Shown here: piece after piece, positions 40,851 through 52,103 of the stretch
Position numbering within the stretch: the stretch's first letter is position 1
Layout: every line of letters starts with the position of its first letter
Origin: Eledone cirrhosa
Taxonomy: Eukaryota
Direction: 5' to 3'
Length of the DNA stretch: 64,000 nt
NCBI GenBank assembly: GCA_964016885.1
Contig: OZ024747.1
Span: 35,526,001 to 35,590,000 of the forward strand
The notes under the pieces: model-generated
Databases searched by the model: none
Told to the model about the DNA's origin: nothing
Seen by the model: only the letters and a program-made list of their open reading frames with translations
Position numbers and translations under genes: made by a program

Positions 40851-41461
40851 GCAATGAAATATCTATGATCGTCGGCAAATAACTGATGAGGGACTTATTT
40901 TATTACATGTTATCCATGTGCTACTAGCAGTATTTTTCTCCCCATTTTATCACATATATTTACCTAAACTGCGATTCTGTTTTTTTCTCTCACTCTCTCT
41001 CTTACTGCTCCCTCATTATCTCTGTTTCTCCTACTTTCTTTCACCCCCTCTGTCATATCAGTTAACTCATCCTCACACTTCCACTCACTCACTCAGTGTT
41101 TCTCCTCTCCTCACTTCACCCCGTTCGCAACGAAAGCAATTTCTCTCTTTCTTACATTGCATTCGTTCGCGAAAGGTCTTTTTTCTAAACGCTCATATAT
41201 TCACCTAGTTTATGCTAACAGAATAACTATGAAGCTTGTTTCCTTCCTCTACGGTTAGCTCTACTCTTTGTTGTTTTCTTGTCTCAGTCGCTTTACGCGT
41301 TTTAGTTGTCCTAATAACTTAATTTAGTTATTATTGCACCGACGTGAGGTATATGATTGTTAGGCAATGAAATATCTATGATCGTCGGCAAATCACTGAT
41401 GAGGGACTTATTTTATTACATGTTATCCATGTGCTACCAGCAGTATTTTTCTCCCCATTTT

Positions 41462-41465
<4 letters not shown>
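40851..41465 (+). mobile_element. Tandem non-coding unit (513 bp) carrying the scrambled HHR
   Basis: 40851-40952 is repeated at 41364-41465. Confidence 0.75.
41308..41407 (+). ncRNA. Scrambled-order hammerhead, copy 2
   Basis: GTCC..TTGC-A-CCGACG-TGA-GGTA-TA-TGATTG-TTAG-GCAA-T-GAAA-TATC-TAT-GA-T-CGTCGG-CAAATCA-CTGATGA-G-GGAC. Confidence 0.72.
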
Positions 41466-41508
<43 letters not shown>

Positions 41509-41736
41509 TTTTATATGTATGTGTGTGTGTATGTGTATATATGTATATATATGTGTATGTGTATATACGTATATATATATGTGTGTGTGTGTGTGTGTAT
41601 ATGTATATATATATGTGTGAATGTATGTGTTTGTGTGTGTGTGTGTGTATGTATGTGTATGTATGTGTGTGCATATGTATGTATGTGTATGTATAGTATA
41701 GTTCACACGAGAGAGACATACGTACATGTAGGTATG

Positions 41737-41767
<31 letters not shown>

Positions 41768-41983
41768 GTATACATATATATGTATATATATATATATATA
41801 TGTATGTGTATGCGCACGTGTGTATGTGTAGATATATATGTGTGTGCATGTGTATGCGTGTGTATATATTTGTGTGTTTGGGTTTTCCTTGTGTATATAT
41901 GTATATATGTGTATGTATGTATGTTTGTGTGTGTATATGTATGTGTGTGTGTATGTGTATACACACATATATGTGTGTGTGTG

Positions 41984-42032
<49 letters not shown>

Positions 42033-42581
42033 GTGTGTGTGTGTGTGTAAGTGTTTAATTATGAGTGTGTATATATATGTGTGTGTAAGTGTTTTTGTAT
42101 GTGGTTGTGAGTATGTAAATATATTTTATTCTTTCCATCCTACAAAAACACTCTGTCCACCTGTGCTTGTATGTTAACTTGACCACTCACCCCAGTCTGT
42201 GCCATGATTCGGTCTTGTTAAATGTTTAATTTCTATTACCAACCCACCTAAATTTCCCTACTATATATCTGTTGAATTACTATTCTTGGTGTTTTGATTT
42301 ACTTATTTTATTTTATTTTATTTTTTTATTTATTTTATTTATTTTATTTATTTTATTTATTTTATTTATGTTATTTATGTATTCTTTTATCTATTTATTC
42401 ATTTATTTATTTATTTACTTATTTATTTATTTAAAAAAAGCACTCTGGCTAATTGACCACTCCCCAAAGAAAAAACGGCCTGTGCCATGAAGTGGTCCTG
42501 AGTACCTAAATACCCCTCCTTCCACCACCCCTCCCGTACCACTACCTAAATGTATAAATACCAGAACTTAATATGACACCC

Positions 42582-42632
42582 AGCTTCCTGAAGATTTCAT
42601 CAAAATGAAACAGTACTAGTCCTGTAGAAGCT
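42582..42632 (+). ncRNA. Type I hammerhead (sister pLTR subfamily)
   Basis: AGCTTC-CTGAAGA-..-GAAA-CAG..CTG-TA-GAAGCT. Stem I covaries with the AGATTC/GAATCT copies. Confidence 0.85.
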
Positions 42633-42737
42633 CCTTCTATAAAATAAAAAACGTTACTCTGCCATGTATTGAGTACCTTACTTACTGTGGTTATCCCCGA
42701 CTCAACCCGGGGCCTACGTATATATATTATATATATA

Positions 42738-43210
42738 TATTGTTATACTTTGGGAGGGTCATGTTGCCAATAAAAAACACACGCACCAGTAGTTTTCACT
42801 TCAATTTATTGTAATACATTTATAAATTTAGGAATTTATAAATTTCCGGTTGGTTGGTTGGTTCCACAAACAGATGATTGTTTTTGAGTGTGAACACACA
42901 CAAAAACTAAATGGCGTAGGACCGAACAAAGGGGAAGGACAATAACAAAGAAAATAATCCCCAGTCACTGAAGAGGTTACATAATGTGTGACGAAAGAAC
43001 TTTGACAATATATAAACAATCACCTGGTTGTGGAACCAACCAAACAACCGGAAATTTATAAATTCCTAAATTTATAAATTTATTATAATAAATTGAAGTG
43101 TAAACAGCTGGTGCGTGTGTTTCTTATTGGGAACATGACGCTCCTAAAGTATAACAATATCGGTTTCAACACACGTTTTCAGATAAAGAATCTTGCTAAA
43201 CAAATTCAGA

Positions 43211-43215
<5 letters not shown>
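42738..43215 (+). repeat. pLTR of the 44-46 kb PLE family with an inverted 5' piece and an HHR at 42964-43006
   Basis: 42738-42870 is the reverse complement of about 43027-43160. HHR: GTCA-CTGAAGA-G-GTTAC..GTGAC-GAAA-GAAC-TT-TGAC. Confidence 0.75.
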
Positions 43216-43269
<54 letters not shown>

Positions 43270-43271
43270 TA

Positions 43272-43321
<50 letters not shown>

Positions 43322-43322
<1 letters not shown>

Positions 43323-44010
43323 AATATAAATTAGCAAGAATAGTATTTTAGCTCAGGAATTAACGAAAATCAACGTCCGATATGTGTGGCAAGCGCTCGA
43401 TGATTCATGTGAATCAGAGCTACAACATACGTTAAGGGCCAAACACACTGAGATGATGGTTAAACAGATCATCCGCATAGCCAAAACAAACGACCAAGTA
43501 ATTCGGGTCAAACAATAAAAATATATGTGTTGATAATTTACCCGGCCCTGGACTGGTGGTAAAATCCAGTATTTGGTTTCTGCGACTACAAAATCAGGTA
43601 CTATCCGCCTACATAAAGAATGTTGTGCTTCTGATAAGATGATTGAACAAGGAAGCCGTGTTATCAACGGGTTTTTGCTCCAAGATGCTATACATAATTG
43701 TGGCTATTACTGATCCCACGTGGAGTTCAGCAAGGGAGGCAACACCTATCTTAGGCGAATGAATTCAGTTGTGTATAATATTGCGTGAATGGAAAATATC
43801 ACAAATCGAATAAAGCTCTCGACAGAATGGTTAAATATAACAGAGCTATTCAACAGTCAATAGAAGCGACTAAAAAAATCAATAAAATTAACTGCTCAAT
43901 AGCTAGACTCTGGAGATTAATACAAATATAAATTAGCGAGAATCGTATTTCAGCTCAGGAATTAACGAAAATCAACGTCCGATATGTGTGGCAAACGCTC
44001 GATGATTCAT
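43322..44010. repeat. Structured non-coding tandem unit (602 bp, about 88-bp terminal repeat)
   Basis: Position 43322 recurs at 43924. A decayed HHR-like motif lies on the minus strand at 43563-43674. Confidence 0.7.
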
Positions 44011-44018
44011 ATGTATGT

Positions 44019-44073
<55 letters not shown>

Positions 44074-44089
44074 ATATATATATATTTCG

Positions 44090-46197
44090 TTTCTGAATTT
44101 GTTTAGCAAGATTCTTTATCTGAAATCGTGTGTTGAAACCGATATTGTTATACTTTGGGAGGGTCATGTTGCCAATAAGAAACACACGCACCAGTTGTTT
44201 CACTTCAATTTATTATATATTTATAAATTTATAAATTTACAAATCTACAAACTTATATATTTCTGGTTGGTTGGTTGGTTCCACAACCAGATAGTTGTTT
44301 ATATATAGTCATAGTCCTTTCGTCACACACTCTGTGACCTCTTGAGTGACTGGGGATTCCTTCCTTTGTTTCTGTGCCTTTCCTTTCTTCTATCCTACGC
44401 CATTTTGTTTCTGTGTGTGTGTTGTGTGCTCAGTTTGCGCATGCGCCACATCCGGGTGTCTGTGTGTGTTTGTGTTCATTTATCTATTTGTTTATTTATT
44501 TATTTATTTATTGTTGGTTGGTTGTTTGTTCTATGTGTGTGTGTATTTTCATTCTGTCCTGTGTGTGTTTTCATTTTGTCCTTAATTGTAAGTTGTGATG
44601 TTGCTGTTCCACTCATATTTTCTATTTAATTTTGGTTGTAATTCTTTTATGCTTACTGCCTCTGTAATTTGCCTAAACATTGCATCTTTTCTGTGTGTGG
44701 ATTCTATTTTTATTTCTATGTTCTCTAATCTACCCCTGTGTTCTATCTTAGCATGTTGGTAGAGCACAGATGATTCTTTATTATCTTGAAGGTCTCGCCA
44801 GTGTTCATTTATTCGTTCCCCTATACTACGAGCTGTCTCACCTATGTACACTATATTTTTGTTTCTACATTGTCCTTCAGTACATCTAATGCTATACACT
44901 ACATTTCTAGTTTTACAGTTAATATGGGGGCTTATTTTACAGGTTATACATTTCTTATCTATACATGATGGTCTTTGGAACGGGTATGTCTTGCTAATAA
45001 GTGTTTTTACGGAGGTACCTGGTCATTCTACTATCTTAATATTGAGTTTATGTTTATTTAGGGCCCTTCTAAATTTGTAGGCTAGTTCGCCTCTAGGGGT
45101 TGTATTGATAAACATTACACTCTGGTATTTATTGCTATCATACCATGAGTTTATTCTATTGGCCTTGTTCCTAGTTCTTTCTATTCTATTTCAAAATTTG
45201 CTCCTATACAAGGGGAAGGTCCCATTTATGTCATTATTTACCATTTTTTCCCATTTGGTTCTGGCTCCTCTATACACTCTGATTCTATCTCTCTGATTGT
45301 AGCCAGAGAACTGCATACGGTGGATGAAGTGTTGTATGTGTCTCTCTAGTTCTTCGGGGTTGCCCATGCGGGACACATTTCTCATCACCCGTACCAAATC
45401 CGCAATCAGTATGTTGATTTTGGTATGGTCCGAAATGGCCGAGTTTCGGTGGATCAGATGTTTGGAAGTCATGGGTTTGGCATAATGGGAATGGAGGATT
45501 TGTTTTTGGTTGTTAATGGTATCTAACCGATTACCTGTACTAGACACAGAGCTTTGGTTAGATACCATGACTTCCAACATGTGCTCTACCAACATGCTAA
45601 GATAGAACACAGGGGTAGATTAGAGAACATAGAAATAAAAATAGAATCCACACACAGAAAAGATGCAATGTTTAGGCAAATTACAGAGGCAGTAAGCATA
45701 AAAGAATTACAACCAAAATTAAATAGAAAATATGAGTGGAACAGCAACATCACAACTTACAATTAAGGACAAAATGAAAACACACACAGGACAGAATGAA
45801 AATACACACACACATAGAACAAACAACCAACCAACAATAAATAAATAAATAAATAAACAAATAGATAAATGAACACAAACACACACAGACACCCGGATGT
45901 GGCGCATGCGCAAACTGAGCACACAACACACACACAGAAACAAAATGGCGTAGGATAGAAGAAAGGAAAGGCACAGAAACAAAGGAAGGAATCCCCAGTC
46001 ACTCAAGAGGTCACAGAGTGTGTGACGAAAGGACTATGACTATATATAAACAACTATCTGGTTGTGGAACCAACCAACCAACCAGAAATATATAAGTTTG
46101 TAGATTTGTAAATTTATAAATTTATAAATATATAATAAATTGAAGTGAAACAACTGGTGCGTGTGTTTCTTATTGGCAACATGACCCTCCCAAAGTA

Positions 46198-46201
<4 letters not shown>
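44090..46201 (-). mobile_element. 5'-truncated PLE of a third clade with about 620-bp inverted arms
   Basis: HYAKPM..SAISDHTKINIL..MQFSGY and YSIRC..C..YIGETARSIGERINEH..RQITEAV. 44147-44768 is the reverse complement of 45581-46201. HHRs at 44307-44351 (-) and 45997-46041 (+) have a CTCAAGA core. Confidence 0.88.
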
Positions 46202-46252
<51 letters not shown>

Positions 46253-46626
46253 CGAAGGAAATGTGGTAAGGAACCAGGTGGTTTATCTAGCCTAACAATA
46301 CCTACAGACTTAGGTCGTAGAACTTGCTTTACTTTTTTTCTTTACACTTATTCGCCTTTCATCACTCTCAGTATTTTTTCTTTCATATATATATTTTTAC
46401 CCCTCATTGTTCTACCTACCGTTCCGACTTCCTCCCCCTCCCCCTCCCCAGTATCTTCTTTGACCTCATGCCCAGCTCTGGCTGGCACTACCAACGCATG
46501 TTTGGGTCTACTCCACCCCCTCCCCTTTTTCTCCTACTGGCAGGTTTAGCCACCATCTCCCCTACTAATTTGCAATCACAGAATTACTACTGACTTTGGA
46601 CAATCACTTTGACCATATATGGAATT

Positions 46627-46720
46627 AACCCTTGAGAAGCTCGGCTATTTAAATACCAGAATAAATTTTTTTTAGTCCAGAATTAGCCGTCGAAACGGCT
46701 TGAGCTCAGCCGTCGGGGTC
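46627..46720 (+). ncRNA. Hammerhead with U3-A8 core and long stem II loop
   Basis: CCC-TTGAGAA-G..CGGCTA..TAGCCG.C-GAAA-CGGCT TGAGCTC AGCCG-TC-GGG. Confidence 0.7.
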
Positions 46721-46782
46721 TTACTGGTTCCTATATATATATATATATATATATATAAGAGAGGAAATGAGGGACAAGTCAA

Positions 46783-46816
<34 letters not shown>

Positions 46817-47118
46817 TTGTACCACTTGCTTTCATTCATCCCTCTGCTTGTCACACTCTCTCGGCTCGCTTCTTCCTCACACATTCGCTCACTGACTCTC
46901 TGCAGCTCCTCCTCTCTCACCTCCCCCCGTCAGTCCTGTGTGAAATCCTTTTGTTGCTCACATTTCACAGAGTTTGGACGCTTCTGCCGCTTTCTCATCG
47001 TTGATTTGGTCGAACTTAAGTTCACATATATCGTTGACTTGTCCCTCATTTCCTCTCTTTACGTTGCCTTACTATTTTCGTTTGTTTACTATCCCTCTTT
47101 CTCCACCCAATTCACTCT

Positions 47119-47221
47119 GTCCCAATAACTTATTTTAGTCATTGCTCGCACTGATTTTGAGGAATCTGGTCTTTAATGCGAAGAAATATCGATGATAGTC
47201 AGAAGATCACTCATGATGGAC
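47119..47221 (+). ncRNA. Scrambled-order hammerhead, copy 3 (core mutated to CTCATGA)
   Basis: GTCC..TCGC-A-CTGATT-TTGA-GGAA-TC-TGGTCTT-TAAT-GCGA-A-GAAA-TATC-GAT-GA-T-AGTCAG-AAGATCA-CTCATGA-T-GGAC. Confidence 0.68.
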
Positions 47222-47246
47222 AGTTCTGTTTCTCGCTCTATTTTAA

Positions 47247-47588
<342 letters not shown>

Positions 47589-47755
47589 ATGTATATATAT
47601 ATGTATATATATATATGTATACTAACCCATACAATCACTAATACTCTTTTATTCCTAATTAAACCATTTTTCAACTGTGAACAATTTGTCAGCATTTTCT
47701 ATTCCGTTTACCAATATATAATAACTTGTGTGTTACACCTCTATTATTTTAACTA

Positions 47756-47821
<66 letters not shown>

Positions 47822-48201
47822 GTGTAAGGAATTCTTTTACAATGGAATTAGCTCGAAAGGAAATATTCCTGAGCCGTGTATAAAAGTAATATTCTTCAGC
47901 CTGGCTAACTTTCTTTTGCAATATAAATACAGATATGTTGGTATCTGTTTCATCATATATATTACTCATATATATTACTTTTATACACGGCTCAGGAATA
48001 TTTCCTTTCGAGCTAATTCCATTGTAAAAGAATTCCTTACACTTAATATAACGGCTCTTCGTCGAGCTAAAATTCGCCTCATATATACGACTGTTATTTC
48101 TAGCAGTACGGTTATGAGACTAGCCTGAATCTGTGAACCCATGTGCGTCACACAGTCTTTTAAATTATTTAGAAGTGAAGCTTATCAATTGTCTCTGGAT
48201 G

Positions 48202-48270
48202 TTTACTGAGGAGAGCAGTGGCAAGATATTCCTACACTTATACACTTATCCATCTCGAAACATGTTTGGA
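48202..48270 (+). ncRNA. Minimal hammerhead (unit 1)
   Basis: TTTA-CTGAGGA-GAG..CTC-GAAA-CATG-TT-TGGA. Confidence 0.72.
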
Positions 48271-48735
48271 TTTTGAGGTTTAAACTTATCTACTGAACAG
48301 GTTTGATTTTGAAATTTAAATATGTATAAACATCATAGCCATTTGGCAGCACAGCTAGTTTTTGTCGATTTATTATTATTATTATTTTAAATCGATGTGG
48401 ACGAACTGTGGTAAAATACTTAATATTCTTCAGTCTGGCTAACTTTCTTTTGCAATATAAATACATATATGTTGGTATCTGTTTCATCATATATATTACG
48501 CATATATATTACTTTTATACACGGCTCAGGAATATTTCCTTTCGAGCTAATTCCATTGTAAAAGAATTCCTTACACTTAATATAACGGCTCTTCGTCGAG
48601 CTAAAATTCGCCTCATATATACGACTGTTATTTCTAGCAGTACGGTTATGAGACTAGCCTGAATCTGTGAACCCATGTGCGTCACACAGTCTTTTAAATT
48701 ATTTAGCAGTGAAGCTTATCAATTGTCTCTGGATG

Positions 48736-48804
48736 TTTACTGAGGAGAGCAGTGGCAAGATATTCCTACACTTATACACTTATCCATCTCGAAACATGTT
48801 TGGA
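48736..48804 (+). ncRNA. Minimal hammerhead (unit 2)
   Basis: Identical motif 534 bp downstream. Confidence 0.72.
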
Positions 48805-49045
48805 TTTTGAGGTTTAAACTTATCTACTGAACAGGTTTGACTTTGAAATTTAAATATGTATAAACATCATAGCCATTTGGCAGCACAGCTAGTTTTTGTC
48901 GATTTATTATTATTATTATTTTAAATCGATGTAGACGAACTGTGGTAAAATAATTAATATTCTTCAGTCTGGCTAACTTTCTTTTGCAATATAAATACAG
49001 ATATGTTGGTATCTGTTTCATCATATATATTACTCATATATATTA

Positions 49046-49087
<42 letters not shown>

Positions 49088-49101
49088 AGGTCAGGCCAGC
49101 C

Positions 49102-49205
49102 TGTTACTGGTACCATGTAACCCAGTATGTTACTGGTACCATGTAACACAGTTTATTACTGGTACCATGTAAACCACTATGTTACTGGTACCATGTAACC
49201 CAGTA
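49102..49205. repeat. 26-bp minisatellite, 4 copies
   Basis: TGTTACTGGTACCATGTAACCCAGTA and variants. Confidence 0.9.
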
Positions 49206-49228
49206 CAAACCTATTTCAAGGTTGAGTG

Positions 49229-49269
<41 letters not shown>

Positions 49270-49345
49270 CGAAGGAAAAGTGGTAAGGAACCAGGTGGAC
49301 CATAACGCACCAAAGTACTCAATACTTGAGGTAGTAGAGTGGGTA

Positions 49346-49495
49346 ATAGGAACCAGTAAGACCCCGACAGCTGAGCTCAAGCCGTTTCGACGGCTAATTC
49401 TGGACTCGGCTAATTCTGGACTCGGCTAATTCTGAGTCCAGAATTAGCCGTCGAAACGGCTTGAGCTCAGCTGTCGGGGTCTTACTGGTTCCTAT
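49346..49495. repeat. Palindrome of an HHR 3' half with a 16-bp tandem repeat at the apex
   Basis: The arms match 46674-46735. The loop contains repeated GGCTAATTCTGGACTC. Confidence 0.88.
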
Positions 49496-49614
49496 ATATA
49501 TATATATATATATATATAAATATATATATAAATAAATATGTGTGTGTGTGCGTGTGAGTGTGTGTGTGTGTGCGTGTGTGTGCGTGTGTGTGAGTGTCTA
49601 AGTGTGCGTGTGTG

Positions 49615-49817
49615 AGTCCCGGGTTTGATCGGGGGTAACCACAGTTATTAAGGTACTCAATACATTAGTAAAGTGTAAATATCATGTTTAATATATAATT
49701 GACTTCTACAGGACTAGAACTGTTTCATTCAAAAGAAATCACCAGGAAAGCCTTTCCTGGCGATTTCTTTTGAATGAGACAGTTCTAGTTCTGTAGAAGC
49801 CATTTCAATATTAAACA
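49615..49817. repeat. Diverged Naiad pLTR end with a head-to-head decayed HHR hairpin
   Basis: Homologous to 26461-26648. Apex CCAGGAAAG-C-CTTTCCTGG; cores CTGGTGA and CTGGCGA. Confidence 0.8.
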
Positions 49818-50799
49818 CTAGCAGCGGTACCCGGCGTTGCACTGGATAAGGTATTTTGTAACGCGGGCCGCCAACAGACCTAATCGTGGAAAAACTGCAT
49901 GCCTGGAAAATATGTAAAAAAAATTAACCGAATAATTTGATGGCTGGATAATCTTCCAGATTTTCCTCGATGAAGAAGGCAAAATGCAGGTTTTCTCCTA
50001 ATGCCTAGGGGATTAAGAAAATGATTTTTTTTTACGTGCCTAATATGCCTTGAAATTTCCGGAAAATCTGCTAGACGTATCGCCTGAAAAAACCCTAAAA
50101 AGATGAAAAAATGAAGTTTTTCACCGAATGCGGGCCCTAGACCATAAAAAAGTTGGATTTTCTTTGCTCACGGTATGAGGAAGAGACTGAGTAATACATA
50201 GTTACAATTTCAAGGAAATCAGTCTGATGTAACGACTAGAAAAAAACCCTAAAAACCAGAAAAAACGCAGGATCGACAAGTTGAATTTTTTTTATGTGCA
50301 CATCACTCCCCGAAACATAAGTGATACACATGTAAAGTTTGAAAAAGTCGGTTGGGTACTTCTCGGGTTTTATGGATTCAAACTCACACACACACACAGA
50401 CATCCTCAAGGAAGTGACGTAATGCAGACATCAGACATACATACAGATAATATAAGGGGCCAACCCGAGGTTCACTTTGCCTTTCATCCTTACAGGATCG
50501 ATAAAATAGAGTACCAGTAATGTACTGGGTAATTGCTGGCCTTGTGACAAAAGTAGAAACAGTTATATGTATGTATCTATCTAAAAAGAGAAAGACTAAG
50601 AATTATAGAGAGAGATCGCTAAATCGCCTAATGCAGTCCCTAGGGCATTGACAATTCGAAATTTGTTTTGCTTAGAACACTCCCTGAAACATAAGTATTG
50701 CATGTGTAAAGTTTGAAAACGGTCGGTGGGGTGCTTCTTTAGATTTATGGATTCAAACTCACACACACAGACAGAGATCCTCAGTTTTATGTATATAGA
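49818..50799 (-). mobile_element. Non-autonomous Helitron B
   Basis: Minus strand: 5' TC.. and 3' CCAGTGCAACGCCGGG hairpin ..CTAG, flanked by A|T. Confidence 0.82.
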
Positions 50800-52103
50800 T
50801 GATGAGGATTAGGACGTTGCATTGACTGAAACAAAACTGTCAGATTCTCCAACGAAACTCCTTAGCCTTTTTACAATTATGCTCAACATGTGTCAACTTG
50901 GCAGTCCTCTACAGCTTTGGATTATACAACGTGAGGACATGGCTGAAGATTTAAAATGTGCAGTTCAACAGGCAAAACGAAAGCCATATATCAATATTCA
51001 GTTCTTTGAAAACAGTTTTTTTAACTGATTGAAATTGACGATCAAGTTTTGGCCATGGGAGGTAAAAGTTTGCAAGAGTCTCGCTATGGACTGCCAAAAA
51101 CAAACCGTCAAATTAGTGGTTTAACTTCAAGAGACATAGCAAGCGAGAGAAATTATGAAATGACAGATTTGGCTGCATTTGTGAATGATCATGAACCTGA
51201 ACTTCTTCCGAACAACGCTGTATATATGATAAAATTATTTCGTAAGTCAGAGAAAAAAATGGAGGAATATTCTTTCTTGAGACACTGGTAAACCATTTGT
51301 AACAACATTGCTTCTCTCCAACGAAAATAATTTCAGTTGTTGTAGCATCGTCTCCCAGGAGGACGAACAGCTCATTCTGCTTTTAAATTACCGCTAAACC
51401 TTGTCACAATGACAGTCCAATTTGTAACATAAGCAAAGGTTCAGGAGAAGTGTTGCGCCAATGCCATCTGATCACTTGGGATGAATGCACCATGTCACAT
51501 AGAGGTGCAACAGAAGCTCTTGATAAAACTTTACAGGACATATAAGCCAACAATATATCTATGGGAGGAGTTACTTTAGTTTTCTCAGGAGACTTCAGGC
51601 AGACATTACCAGTCATTCCTTTGGAATAAAGTATAGACATTCTCCTTCAATACTAACATGCGAGCTTTATTACATTGGGACCAAAGTGCAGAACAGTTTT
51701 TAACCCGGCTCCTAAAATTAGGAAAAGGGAAGATACCAATTGATGGGTATGGTGATATCAATTTGCTCTCTTGGTGAATTCCCCAGCTGAATTGAAGAAC
51801 AGTGTATTTCCAGATAATAATTATAATTCACATAAATGGTTGTAAAAGCGCAAATTCTGCTCCGAAAAAATGAGACAGTACCAAGGATTAACCATGAATT
51901 AATGAATAAGATTCCAACAGTCATTAAGGAGTACAAATCAGTTGATTCAGTTCTTGATGAAAAACAAGCTGTCCACTACCCAACATAGTTCCTTAATTTT
52001 TTGAGCCACATGGAACTCCTCCAAATAAATCTTTTCTGAAGTTAGGAGTCACAATAATGCTTCTAAAGAATTTAAATCTTCCTAAATTATGAAATGGGAC
52101 AAG
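50800..52103 (+). pseudogene. Second Helitron Rep-Hel pseudogene, helicase part
   Basis: GGRTAHSAFKLP, WDECTMSHR, SGDFRQTLPV, MLLKNLNLPKL*NGTR. Continues the frame broken at 24159. Confidence 0.9.

Larger units (their letters stand above)
47815..49050 (+). mobile_element. Tandem retrozyme-like repeat (534-bp unit, about 2.2 copies) with an inverted 5' piece
   Basis: Near-identical units. 47815-47891 is the reverse complement of about 47973-48050. One HHR per unit. Confidence 0.82.

Noticed and set aside
47119-47221. Alternative readings of the scrambled motif as a dicistrovirus IRES, C/D snoRNA, HDV, pistol or twister RNA
   Set aside because: Only short word matches were found. The hammerhead assignment explains the conserved nucleotides and helices together.
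49102-49205. CRISPR-like palindromic 26-bp repeats
   Set aside because: There are no unique spacers or cas genes and the context is eukaryotic; it is a minisatellite.
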